Shown piece after piece: positions 1 to 12,499 of a stretch of DNA of 64,000 nt (position 1 is the stretch's first letter; each line of letters opens with the position of its first letter). Source of the stretch: Octopus sinensis (Eukaryota); the NCBI RefSeq assembly GCF_006345805.1, contig NC_043009.1:56048001-56112000 (forward strand). Reading direction: 5' to 3'. The position numbers and the translations under genes were made by a program. The notes under the pieces are model-generated. The model did not search any database and was not told the origin of the DNA. It saw only the letters and a program-made list of their open reading frames with translations.

Positions 1-664
1 TTCACGTGTAAGGGTGAAAGTTGTAAACTTCACGATTCTGACTGTTACATTTGACCACAATAACTCAATATAATATTGTTGTATCTCTTTAGTGTCGTAC
101 ATCTGCTGAGGAACAGTAATTGTAATGTTACATCACTTCAATGATGGTTCATTGTTGGGGAGGAGTAACTACTGTACAAACCTGTAATAACTATAAAGGA
201 GTATGTCATATCTTTAACTTGATTTGAGAGTATAGTTGAAGACATTTGTTCAAAGTACTGCGCCGTGGGACGAAATCCAAAGCCATGTGGTTGCAAAGCC
301 AGCTACATCTGTGAAGTCAATGTCGAAAAGGAGTAACTTCAACGTGGTACCAATTCGGTGACCTGATAAAAAAATTCTTTCGAATGCTTTAGTAAATTAA
401 GTAATAAATGATGTCCAATTATAACATTAGCAGAATATATCTTAATTAAATCATTAGTGAGGTGCAACTGTAGTGGAAGTGGGGCAGTAGTGCGTTTATA
501 GCTGAAACTAAGTATGACGGTGGTGGCGCTGGTGGTGAAGATGGTATTGGTGTCTTTATCTTTTTTATCTTTTACGTGTTTCCGTCATTGGACAGCGACT
601 ATGCTGGAGCACAGCTTTATAGAATTTTTAATCGACGCCAGTACCTATTATTGTTATTAGTATT

Positions 665-828
665 GGTGGCGAGCTGGCAGAAACGTTAGCACGCTGGGCG
701 AAATGCCTAGCAGTATTTCGTCTGCCGCTACGTTCTAAGTTCAAATTCCGCCGAGATCGACTTTGCCTTTCATCCTTTCGGGGTCGATAAATTAAGTAAC
801 AGTTAAGCACTTGGGTCGATATGATCGA

Positions 829-832
<4 letters not shown>
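665..832 (+). mobile_element. SINE family A (tRNA-derived head, Deu/Nin-like core), 3'-truncated into (TA)n
   Basis: A-box-like TGGCAGAAACGTTAG, B-box-like GTTCAAATTCC, core GCCTTTCATCCTTTCGGGGTCGATAAATTAAG shared with many copies in the window. Confidence 0.9.

Positions 833-878
<46 letters not shown>
831..878. repeat. (TA)n microsatellite
   Basis: direct reading. Confidence 0.98.
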
Positions 879-880
<2 letters not shown>

Positions 881-1243
881 ACATACTAAGTATGTCTGCC
901 TGCTGGAAATAACAGTCAAAACTCTTATTTAAATCGTCCTTTGATTAATTTTAATTTTAATCATTCAGCTATTTAATGCTTTTCTTGGGCATGCGATCGC
1001 CTGTATTATTAATTCTGCTATTATCATTTTTTTAAATAGACATTCTTGATGATAAGGGTGACACGAAGTGAAAACTGAACCATGAACCGCGTGGTTGGGA
1101 AGCAAGCTTCTTACCACACAGCCACGCCTGCCCCCGTTTGACTTACTGTTTGGTAGTGGTAGGCCAGTCAGTAGCAGCGGCGGCAGTAATGTGGTGTGGT
1201 GGGTTGATGCTGTTGTTGGTGTTGTAGTTGAGCTGTGGTAGTG

Positions 1244-1245
1244 AC

Positions 1246-1311
<66 letters not shown>
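1244..1311. repeat. (GTA)n microsatellite
   Basis: direct reading; explains the poly-Thr ORF. Confidence 0.98.
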
Positions 1312-1312
<1 letters not shown>

Positions 1313-1520
1313 GTTTAGAGAGCATCAATACGAACGTGGTGGGGCTGTGGTTGGGGTTATATGTTTATGTATAGGTTAGGGGATATAGTTATGACTGGTG
1401 GTTTAGTTTTTGTTGTTGTTACTGAGGTGAAGCTGATGATGCTCGTGGTGCTGGTGGTGGCTTTGACTGTTTGGTGATTTAGGTGTTGTTGTTCTTGCTG
1501 CTGCTGCTGCTACTGCTGCT

Positions 1521-1828
1521 GTTGAGCGAACGGTCCTCGTCCCAGAGCTCGCAAGATGAGAGAAGTCCGAAACGTAGTCCTTTGCTATTCGTAAGACCCG
1601 CAGAAGAGAAAGCAGGTCAACCCCCGACACCGAGAGCATCGACGGATGGATGAATGCGCATCCAGGCTCAGCGGTTGCGTAGAAAGTCGGGGGACAAGAA
1701 ACAGGAAGAAAGAGTGAGAGAAAGCTGGAGCGGAAGAGTACAACAGGGGTCACCACCATACCCTGCTGGAGCCTCGTGGAGCTTTAGGTGTCTTCGCTCA
1801 ATAAACACACACAACACCCGGTCTGGGA
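1521..1828 (-). mobile_element. SINE family C, head-truncated
   Basis: reverse complement of the full copy at 35355-35731. Confidence 0.85.
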
Positions 1829-1941
1829 TGATACCATATAGGAGCATGATGTGCTGACATATGATACAGTGTTTTTGTTAGTTATTGTCGTATGTTGACG
1901 TGATAGTGGTCGTGGGGTATCACGACCTGGTTGTGATCATG

Positions 1942-2165
1942 CCACTGGTGCCAAGCTGTATCGTCCTTTCCCTTTCCCTTGGCTAACATCGGTGGCGTGT
2001 AGAGGGGAGGCTGGTATGCATGGGCGACTGCTGATCTTCCATAAGTAACCTTACCCGGCCTTGTACCTCGGAGGGGAACTTTCTCGGTGCAATCCTGGGG
2101 TCGATTTGCTCGACTAAAGGTGGTGCTCCAGCATGGCCACAGTCAAATGGCTGAAACAAGTGAAA
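1942..2165 (+). mobile_element. Chimeric SINE: family D body joined to family B tail
   Basis: 1942-2095 matches the body of 15569-15918; the remainder matches the family B tail CTGGGGTCGATTTGCTCGACTAAAGG...CCAGCATGGCC. Confidence 0.75.
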
Positions 2166-2200
2166 GATTATTAGTGGTTTTGTGATGATGTTACATTGGT

Positions 2201-3628
2201 ATGGAAAGAGTGTTTGAAAGAGTGTTAAGATCAAGGATAGCTGACTTCCTGGAGACCCACAAACTCCTAAATGCAAATCAGCATGGCTTTCGCTGTGGCA
2301 GGGACTGTCTAACACAGCTCTTACACCACATTGAAGATATACTCAAAGCCTTGGGAACAGGTTCGAACTCTGATGTCATATATCTTGACTTCAGTAAAGC
2401 GTTCGACAGGGTTGACCATAATATCCTACTCTCAAAATTGGCAAATGTTGGAATCCGTGGAAAACTTCTACACTGGATTAAGTATTTCCTGGCGAATAGA
2501 ACACATGTTGCAGTTGATGGAGTCCACTCAAGCTCAGCAAAAGTCACCAGCGGTGTCCCCCAGGGGACTGTCTTGGGCCCGCTACTCTTTATAATTTACA
2601 TAAACGACCTTTCCAGTGTCGTAGATTACTGCAAAGTGAAAATATTTGCTGATGACACTAAGCTCCAGCAAATCATTAATGAAGAAGCAGACCGAACTCA
2701 ACTCCAGTCTGATCTATATGCTGTGAGTCAATGGGCAGACAGAAACAAAATGCAACTGAACGAGGAAAAATTTGAGCTGATGCATTTTGGAAGAAATTCC
2801 TCACTAAAACAGCCATACACTCTTCCTTCAGGGGAACCGCTCACAGCCTCTAACAATATCAGAGACCTGGGTGTAATTGTTGATGACGATCTCAGTTGGA
2901 GTGCACACATCAGCAATAAGGTCGATATAGCTCGTAGGATGAGTTCCTGGATCTTAAGAACGTTCTGGTCCAGAGAACAAGGTGTCATCATACCACTTTT
3001 TTCCTCCTTTGTACGGCCACACCTCGAATACTGCTGCCCACTGTGGTCTCCCCATACAAGACAAAACATCTCGAGGATTGAATCACCCCAGAGGGCACTC
3101 ACTAAACGAATTGAAGGCATGGTTGCTCTCGATTATTGAGACCGCCTTAAAGCTTTGAAACTCTACTCTCTCCAGCGTCGCCGTGAGCGGTACATCATTT
3201 GTACGATGTGGAGAATATACCGCCAACTTTGCCCAAACAACCTGAACATTAGCTTCAAGGTTCATCCAAGACTGGGACCACGGGCCATACGTCCCCTGCC
3301 CAATTCAAGATCACAGCATACATGTACACTGCAACATAACTTCTTTTCCTCAACAGGCCCTGCCCTATTTAACATTGTCTCGAAAGAGATCAAAGAGGAA
3401 AAGGATCCCATCAACTTTAAACGGAGTCTGGATAGATTCCTTCAAGGAATACCAGATAAGCCACCCATAATTGGATACAACTCACCCAACAAAAACTCAC
3501 TACTTGAATGGACCATAAACAAAACTTGACTTAAACAGGATTTAGATAATCCTATCAGGTGGTGCTATTAAGTTAGACATGGCCTGGACCAATCTTTGGT
3601 CGAAACATATCTAAGTTCTATCTAAGTT
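2201..3628 (+). mobile_element. 5'-truncated CR1-group LINE (RT and C-terminal part of ORF2, 3' UTR, tandem tail)
   Basis: RT motifs QHGFR, YLDFSKAFD, SGVPQGTVLGPLLF, FADD, RPHLEYC, LYSLQRRRERY; one in-frame TGA at 3137-3139 (probable W codon); ORF ends 3529; tail TATCTAAGTT x2. Confidence 0.95.
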
Positions 3629-3639
3629 TTATGGATGTG

Positions 3640-4140
3640 CTATTGACACACTGTATGGGGTGCTGCGATGGCGCTGTTAAGTGATCGGTAGTGGAGGCGA
3701 TGTTGATGGTGGTGGCGGCGGCAGTGGTAGTGGTGTTAATGGTGATGGTAGTGATTTGTGATGCTGGTGGTGTTGATATTGGTTAGTGATGATTGATGCT
3801 CGTGGTGGTAGTAGTGATTGTGGTGATAGCAGTGGTGGTTGCTGGTTGAGGTTAATGGTGGTGGCGGTGGCGGTGGTGGAGGTAGAAATAGTGGCGACTG
3901 GGCGTGATCGTGATTGTGGAGTTGGTGGTAGCAGCGGTTGTGGTGTTGATAGTGGCAATAAGTGCATAAAGATTGTGGTAGTGAAATGTAGTAGAGATGA
4001 TGTAGTTGCTGATGTTGTTGTTGATGGTAGTGGTAGTGCTGATGATGGTGGTGGTGGTGGTGGTAGGTGGTCACATTGGCGATGTTAGAAGTGATACTGG
4101 TTGTTGTGCGATACTAATGGTGATAGTCACGTGGTGGAGT
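3640..4140. repeat. (GGT/GAT/GTA)-rich low-complexity tract
   Basis: degenerate trinucleotide repeats. Confidence 0.85.
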
Positions 4141-4754
4141 TTATTCCACGAACGTTCAAAAACAACATCCCGTGCTACATCATGCCACACACCAAGGTTA
4201 CCGATACTAAATTGCTCGCTGAACCGTTCGGGGCCTGCCAACTCGCTGGCGGATAGGAAGCTGAAAGCTGGAAGCTTTTATTTATATATATTTATTTTTT
4301 AAAATTTATTTATTTTTATATTTTTTAAAAATATTTTTTTTTTTTTTTTTTAACCCTGCTTACACAGAAAATTGATATTGGGAGAACTGAAGAAAAAGTC
4401 GGGAAAGAAACGGATCTCTTTGCCTCATTAAAAAAATACTCATTTATTTACTTACTCTTTTACTTGTTTGTCATTAAATTGCGACCATGCTGGAGTTAGG
4501 TGAACGAATTGCCCTCCCCGCTAGCTTTTATTTTAAGTTTGATACTTATTTCATCAGTCTCTTTTGCCGGAATCTAAAAATATGAAGACATAAACAAACC
4601 AACATCGTTTGTCAAGCTGCAGATGGACAAACAGAAGCACATAACCATACATACAGGAAAAAGAGAACTTTTATGGAATATTAATAAGGAGTTTGCAAAT
4701 CCACTATCCAAGACACACTTTCAGTTTCATACCTATTATTATTGGAAAAATATG

Positions 4755-5914
4755 GGATCTTTTCATTTCCAAGGCCTGTTTTGTCAGATTTTTCTAGTTA
4801 ACTAAATAATTTGAAACTTCGTATACTGGTAGAGTGTCTCAAAAGAAAACACTAGTTTCAACTTGTTTATTTGAGAAAAATGTATTTTATAACTTTAAGG
4901 GTAGATTAAATCTGCGAATTTTAACCAATCGTATTGTTTGTTTTCATTTGACATAATTAACTGCATTATCTTAGTGTGACGTAGAAAGCTATTTTGTGAC
5001 GTAGACAGCTGTGAGTAGGTCTGTGTTTTGTGTGCGTGTGTGTGTGTTTGATGGGGTGTGGGAGACAGAAAGTATGTTGTGTAAGTGAAGTACTTCTGTT
5101 AGTGTGTGTGAAGAGACAGAGAGAGTAATGTGTGAAAGAGAAAGATAACTGAAATTTTTTACTCGGTGTATGTGTATATGTATGTATGCATGTATGTGTG
5201 TGTGTGTGTATGTATCTATGTATGTGTGTGTGTGTATGTATGTATGGCCGATTCAGTGTTTACATTATTTCGAGTTAAAACGAAAGATTACCAAAAAAAA
5301 TGTCTATATCTTCGATCACTGTCATTATTCCATTGAGTCAACCTCATTATTTTCTACATAGCAAAGGTAATCTTTCGTTTTAACTCGAAATAATGCAAAC
5401 ACTGAATCGGCCATACATACACACACACACACACACATACATACACACACATACGAAAGATTGCCAAAGATAAAAAGTTACAGAAATAAAAGTTACACGA
5501 ATAAAGTAAGGAATAAAAATCACAAAAAATATACGAAAATTTACAAAACCTAAGTTAGTTATATAATATATAAGTTTAATATATAAGTTAGTTAATAATA
5601 TATTTAAAAAATGTGAATAGAAACTGAAGGAATACGGTAACCGGGTGTTTACATTTCACGTATGTTAAATACGTCAGCAAAATAGCCGTTTACGTCTATC
5701 GAGACGGAGTAAATAATATGAAGCCGAAAGACCGAATACCATTGGTTAAAATTCTAATTATTAAACAACGTTAAACTTTGAAATTACAATTCCGTTTTCA
5801 TTCTGGTTTACAATTATGTTTTCTTTTGACACATTCTACCAGTATACGAAGTTTCAAATTGTTTGGTTAAGTAGGAAAAATCTGAAAAAACAGGCCTTGG
5901 AAATGAAAAGATCC
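4755..5914. mobile_element. Non-autonomous DNA transposon with long TIRs and 8-bp TSD (MULE- or Merlin-like)
   Basis: TIRs GGATCTTTTCATTTCCAAGGCC... (4755-4850 vs 5818-5914, about 90% identical, weaker similarity further in); TSD AAAATATG at 4747-4754 and 5915-5922. Confidence 0.85.
5245..5413. mobile_element. MITE with 48-bp TIRs and TA TSD, nested in the 4755-5914 element
   Basis: 5245-5292 vs 5366-5413 inverted, 47/48 identical; TA on both flanks. Confidence 0.85.
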
Positions 5915-5945
5915 AAAATATGTATCACTCAGTCTTGAGTAAGGT

Positions 5946-6830
5946 TTGGGTGAATTTGGTTTCCAAATATTGCGAATTCAAACATCGACACACTTCCCAT
6001 GCCCCCCTCCCACCCACAACTATAGAAATCAACAACATTTTAGAAGACACTATAAATTATTCAATTATAACAATAACTATGCAGGGCAGAATAGGAACAA
6101 CTCAGGGAGGAGATGGGAAATTATATGGTTCACACGCCATTTTCCCCTCCAGGTCAGAAACCTCCTTAAATTATTTTCTTGCATTATCGGTAGGAACTTC
6201 CAACTACGTCATAAATATCATTCAATATTTAACAGATCCTGCCTTAAATCATCTTACTCAACCACACCCAATCTAGGATCTATAATCGCGGTCAACAATA
6301 TAATTAAACTTAGAAATAACAACACTAATAGAGATGATAACTTAGCTGACCTTAATATGAAGAATAATAAGAAACCTGATATTAAAAACAGAAAGGCTAA
6401 ACCTGGAAATAAAACAAGTAAAATATGTAATTGACGTAATAGGGAGCTTTATCCCCTAAAAGGTTTCAGTTTAAGGAGAGATATATAAAGTTGAAGTCTC
6501 AACCCTTAATGAACCTAAAAAGATTTACATAGGTAGTACGACTGATTTTAAGATCATATATAGGGCGCATACAAACTCACTTACTAACCACGAAACAAAA
6601 AGCTTCAACCACACTAGCTACCCACACCAATAAATTAAAAATGCACAATAAAGAATTCAGTCTAGATTGGTCTATAATAACGGAAACCACACCATATAAT
6701 ACACACGAAAAATTGCAATTTATGCACGAAGGAGGCGATCCACATACTCCGCGCCAACGAAAATAACTTACTTAATAAGATAGCTGATGTCATAACTACC
6801 TGTAGATATAAATATCTTTCAACTTTTAAA
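5946..6830 (+). mobile_element. Penelope-like element relic (linker and GIY-YIG endonuclease), degenerate
   Basis: IIWF..., IFNRSCLKSSYSTTPNLGSII, CN*R..YPLKG, IYKVEV...KKIYIGSTTDFK, DWSII, CNLCTKE, LLNK...CRY; stops and frameshifts. Confidence 0.85.
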
Positions 6831-7129
6831 TTCTTCCCCCAAATAGTTAGCCTATAGGATCCTTCATATTATGGACTACTCTTCATATTACGGGCTCTTC
6901 TTAAAATACCATTATATATAGCGACGTTATGTACCTTCACCTGTAATTTTAATTTTATCATCTGCATGAAACATACGTTTTTTTTTTTTTAATTCTCAAA
7001 CCTCTCATATCTCTTAAAATTTTAGCAACTCTTTGAATAACAACACGGCGAGAATATCGGCACAAGGCCAGCAAGTTCGAAGCAGGGGCTAAGTGTTCAA
7101 CTTATTTTAATAGCAACTTATTGTAATAG

Positions 7130-8160
7130 CAATCCAAAATAATCTTATAATAGCAATGCTTAGGTAAGAAAGCATACTTGATTTTAAGATCACTGAATAT
7201 AGATGCCAATCTCTCTTCTTCACACATTTTCAGGCCATGTTAGATGGAATTTTCAAGAAGAGATTTCGAACCCAATCATACTCATCTGTGTTTAATGACG
7301 GGAAATAAAAGTTTATTTTCTCTTCCAGATTTATCAAATGTTCAAATACAATAGGAGTCATTTCTTTTATGCAGCTTTTATGTATTAAGGGAAACATTTC
7401 GAAGTCACCACCTTTTGCTCTATTTTTCCAAATTACAACTTTTTTTTTAATGAAACCAACTTATCTGTCGAAGTCAGAATGTTTTCAACTTACATACCTG
7501 TATTGACGCTATTAATTTGTGCAAATATCTCTGTTAAATATTCCAGCTTAGAAACCTAAAATTTACATTGTAGATATTCCAAGAAGCTTTCGTGTTTTTC
7601 TTCTTTAAAAAATGCATGCAATTCCTTCTGGAGTTCATGTATGCACCTTATCTTTTGAGAGCCATCTGACTTTTGTGTGTAAAAGTAAGCGGTTGTGCTC
7701 GGAAACCATATCAACACAAATTTATTCAAATAAGCGACACATCAACGGCCTACTTTTAATATAATTAACCATTTCAACAATTTGATTTAATACTTGCTTT
7801 AATTCAATTGGTATTGTTTTTGAAAGTAGTACCTCCCTATGTAGGAAGCAATGAGTACGTATAACATTAGGATTTTGCTGTTGTACAAGCGATACAAAAC
7901 CTTTAATAGAGCCTGTCATAGATGGTGACCCATCGGTACATATTCCAACACATGGATTCCAGGATAAATTCCGTTTTCCGAGTTAGGCAGACAAAATGTC
8001 AAAAATATCTTGACCTCTTGTAGTGAGCGGTATTTCTTCGCAACAAAAGAACTGATTTATAATTTGGTTAGCATCAATAAAGTGAATAAATGTAAGTAAT
8101 TGTGCTTTGTTGCTTATATCAGTTGATTCGTCAACCCATAGAGCAAATTCTGAGTAATTA
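7130..8160 (-). mobile_element. hAT (Buster/Charlie-type) transposase relic
   Basis: FALWVDESTD, CTDGSPSMTG, THCFLHRE, HTKVRWLS, DWVRN; interrupted by stops. Confidence 0.9.
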
Positions 8161-8161
8161 A

Positions 8162-8845
8162 TTTTTTTTCATTTTCAAAATTTTTTATTGCCCATTGGGG
8201 GCCAGTCATAGAGAGGACGATACAAAGGAAGGGGCCGAGATGATGAACACAATTATGGATACATTAAAAAATCGAATAAAAATCTATACACTAAATACGA
8301 ATTAAAATAACAAATAATGACACAAACAATGAAGTAAGGGGCGGGTTCTGCTTTGGCCCTGCAAGCCCCGATCCACAACTGAGGCCTTTGAAAAACCTTA
8401 TGGGCACTCTTATGCGGATTCATTCACTCTCGCCATACTCGCAACAACTTTCCATCTTTTCTTATATACATCCGGAGATAGGCATCCTACTCCACCCTTA
8501 TTTTCCTTCTCAGGCTGAAGGTGAGATACCTCATCAACCCAAGGCTGGAGATTAAAGTGCCTGTCACGATTCCATTCACACAAACTACCTATTTCGCTAT
8601 AGCAACTACAGCGAGAAAACAAGCCTTACTTTCTTTGTCAAAAGAGCAAGGGAGAACAATTTTTACGATCGACTCAGAAGACAGCTATACTCTTCCCAGC
8701 CCTGAAAACAGATGTTCAACGTGAACCCACATTTCTGAAACTTTAGGGCATTGCACAATCGCGTGCAGAACGGTTTCCCTCTCCTGCTCGCATCTTGGGT
8801 ACATGGGTGAACAGGAACCACCATGCCTTGCAATTTATCGTGAAT
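8162..8845 (-). mobile_element. L1/Tx1-like LINE 3' fragment
   Basis: C-terminal knuckle relic PRCEQERETVLHAIVQCP; ORF end at 8410; 3' UTR ending in AATAAA and an A-rich tail near 8162-8190. Confidence 0.75.
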
Positions 8846-8861
8846 TATATTTGAGGCTGAT

Positions 8862-9250
8862 AAGGCGGCGAGCTGGCAGAATCGTTAGCATGCCGCGCGA
8901 AATGTTGAGAGGTATTTCGTCTGCCGCTACGTTCTGAGTTCAAATTCCACCGAGGTCGACTTTGCCTCTCATCCTTTCGGGGTCGATAAATTAAGTACCA
9001 GTTATGCACTGGGGTCGATGTAATCTCCTTAATCCGTTTGTCTGTCCTTGTTTGTCCTCTCTGTGTTTAGCCTCCTTGTGGGTAGTAAAGAAATAGGTAT
9101 TTCGTCTGCCGCATCGTTCTGAGTTCAAATTCCGCCGAGGTCGACTTTGCCTTTCATCGTTTCGGGGTCGATATAATCGACTTAATCCGTTTGTCTCTCC
9201 TTGTTTGTCCTCTCTGTGTTTAGCCCCCTTGTGGGTAGTAAAAAAATAGG
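8862..9250 (+). mobile_element. SINE A dimer (head plus two body units) with 16-bp TSD
   Basis: units start at 8911 and 9096; TSD TATATTTGAGGCTGAT at 8846-8861 and 9251-9266. Confidence 0.9.
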
Positions 9251-9849
9251 TATATTTGAGGCTGATTAGAGAGAGAGAAATGTCTGAACGGTGATATTTC
9301 GAATTAGGCTTCTTGTTCCTTAAGTATTTGACAATAATATCACTATGACCAGTTTTCAAGATACCAGATGAAATGTCAAGTAGTAAAATCGGGTGCTTTA
9401 TAAACTAAGTCAACTAATTTTGCTTCATGCTCTTTTTTCTCTTAATTCTAATGCTAAACGTGTGTGTGTTTTGCTGTTGTTTCTTTTATTTGTTTTCTGA
9501 TAACAGCCGTACATTTCGTGTCCTACTGTTCAAGCCTTGCTCACTGTAATCAGTGGTTAGTCATCATCTTCACTCATATAAAAGACATGTTCGACTTTGA
9601 ATAAGATTGTTTCCGTGAGGAATAAGGGGTGGGTGTAGATTAAAGTTAAAAAGTTATTTTGTCATAACTTCAATGACAAACATTCAACAAGTTTTTTTGT
9701 ATAAATAAACTGCTTCTGCTTTTGTGCATATTGTAGTTGTTGTTGTTGTTGTTGTTGCCTTAACAATTGCTGTTCTTGTTGTTGTAGCAGTCTTTTATCT
9801 TTTTTTCTTTTTTGTTCTGAGTCATCTCTTTGTTAAGATGTAAAGTACT

Positions 9850-10119
9850 TCACACTTCACACACACACGTATACACATACACACGCACACACACACACAC
9901 ACACGTATACACATACACACACACACACACGTATACACATACACACACACACAGAGTCACACACACACACACACACGTATACACATACGCGCACACACAC
10001 ACACACTTTACACACTCGCACACACACACACACCACACACACACACACACACACACGTATACACATACGCACACACACACAGAGTCACACACACACACAC
10101 ACACACGTATACACACACA

Positions 10120-10150
<31 letters not shown>

Positions 10151-10190
10151 GCGCATACACAGACACACATGTCACTTCTCACACGCGTAC
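9850..10190. repeat. Compound (CA)n microsatellite
   Basis: direct reading. Confidence 0.95.
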
Positions 10191-11173
10191 ATAATGCATG
10201 CGTCTGTTTGTGTGAGTGCGCGCGCTAAGGTAAGATGGACGTGTGAACAGACATAATTAACAATGGCTTTGTCACTGCTTCCTCACTATTTAGGTGACAG
10301 AACACTTGTTTTCTTTCTCCTCTATTTTAACATTCCACTCTTCCGCACTGCGCTTACCTTTACTTTTGCTCTGCTATCTTGACAGTCACACATTTTTACT
10401 TGACAGGACAACCAACTTTATTATGATAATAATTATTTCACTGTCGATATAACTTGAGGTTTGGGCGATTACTGGCCTTAATCGCCACCACCTGGGATAG
10501 TCTTTTAAAGTCATTTTTTAGGACGTCATAGCCCACTCAAGTAGGAAGTTGTTTGCGAGATATATCTCTGTGTCGCTGGTTTGTCTGGTATTTCAGGGAG
10601 CAATTAGTTCAGATTTCGTAATAGATTTTTTTGGAGCAAAATAATTTTCCGTTAACCATTTTTGCTTTGTAGTTTAACACGATCATCTTTGATCATTGAA
10701 CAAGCTTAGGATCAAAGATATCCCAGTCTTGACCACCCTGTCCCATTTTTAGGAGTATTGATAACTTTATTTAATGGATTTTTGGGGGGTTTTTTTGTTG
10801 TTTTTTTTTAAGGTAGCAAACGTAGTTTGAGGGAGATTGGACTGCTATTTCTGATGGGTCGAAAGACAAGAAATGTTGGCAGAAGTGTTAATGTCATTTA
10901 TTAATGTCTTTATTATTGATCTTCAAAAACAATAACAACACCTATAATGATCTTTCAACTTCAGGCATAAGACCTGGAATTTTGAGGGGAAACGGAAAGC
11001 CAATTACATCAACCCCGAAAGGTAAAGTCAACCTTGGTGGAATTTGAACTCAGAACGTAAAGACGGACGATTTGCCGCTAGGCATTCTACCGGTTCGACG
11101 CCTTAACAACGATAATAATAATGGTTTAAATCTCGGTTCAAGGCGAACAATTTTAGATGAGGATTTATTCGAA

Positions 11174-11575
11174 AGGCGCAGAAGTGGTAAGTAGCTTGCT
11201 TCCTAACCACATGGTTCCGGGTTCAGTCCCACTGCGTGGCACCTTGGGCAAGTGTATTCTACTATAGCCTCAGGTCGACCAAAGCCTTGTGAGTGGATTT
11301 GGTAGACGGAAACTGAAAGAAGCCCGTCGTATATATGTGTATGTGTGTGCATATGTTTGTGTGTCTGTGTTTGTCTCCCCAACATCGCTTGACAACCGAT
11401 GCTGGTGTGTTTACGTCCCCGTAACTTAGTGGTTCGGCAAAAGAGACCAATAGAATAAGTACTAGGCTTACAAAGAATAAGTCCTGGGGTCGATTTGCTC
11501 GACTAAAGGCGGTGCTCCAGCATGGCCGTGGTCAAATGACTGAAACAAATAAAAGAGTAAAGAGTAAAAGAGTAT
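11174..11575 (+). mobile_element. SINE family B, full length (tRNA-like head, CORE-like CCTTGGGCAAG box, internal (TG)n, GAGTAAA tail)
   Basis: matches more than ten other copies in the window. Confidence 0.9.
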
Positions 11576-11924
11576 AACATTGACCTCAGTTCTCCAGTGA
11601 TATTTATCTTATCAACTCCAAAATGATGAAAGACAAAGTTGGCCTCAGCGTTATTTAAACTCAAAACGTAAAGAACTGGGAGAAATGCCGCGTGGTGTTT
11701 TATTCAACACGCTGGCGATTCTGCCAACTTAGACATAAGAACAAAAACAAAAATTCGTTGATTTTATAGATTACATAAAGTCGATCATGAGAAAACACAT
11801 CCAGAAGGAAATGAAATGTTCTTATAGAGCACGTGGACTTGATCCAAAGAGTTCGCAAGGTAACTTGCAGTGGAATTTGTGGTTTGTAAAAGGACATTTT
11901 TTTTTAAATAATCATAACCAAGTA

Positions 11925-12061
11925 CAGGCATGGCTGTGTGGTAAGAAGTTTGTTTCCCAGCCACATGGTTCCGGGTTCAGTTCCACTGTGTGGCAAGCAT
12001 CTACTACTATGGTCTCGAGCCTACTAAAGCCTTTGGCAGATGGCAACTGAAAGAAGCCCGT

Positions 12062-12105
<44 letters not shown>

Positions 12106-12315
12106 TTTGTGTCTGTGTTTGTGTCTGTGTTTGTCCCCTACTACCGTTTGTCAACCGGTGTTGGTGTGTTTACGTTTCTGTAACTTAACGATTCGGCAAA
12201 AGTAACCAATAGAATAAGTACCAAGCTTTAAGATAAAAATAACTACAGGGGTCGACTTCATTCGGGTAAAATCCCAGCATGGCCGCAGTCTAATGACTGA
12301 AACAAGTAAAAACTA
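11925..12315 (+). mobile_element. SINE family B
   Basis: same head, body and tail as 11174-11575. Confidence 0.85.
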
Positions 12316-12499
12316 ACAGAACTGAACGAAACACGTATATCTTGCAAGGCCGAAATATATTTGTTATGTACCATCACTGTACATTTATTGTTGGTTCTTT
12401 GTTGAGAAAAAGAAGAAGAAAAAAAATGGAAGGAAAATGAAACCCAGTTTACCATTGTGAAATGAAGCTGCCCAAATAAGACCATCTGGTATGTCATGT

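Noticed and set aside
1545-1590. GTCCGAAACGTA hammerhead-like string in antisense SINE C
   Set aside because: No core or helix II partner, and the second copy differs at these positions.
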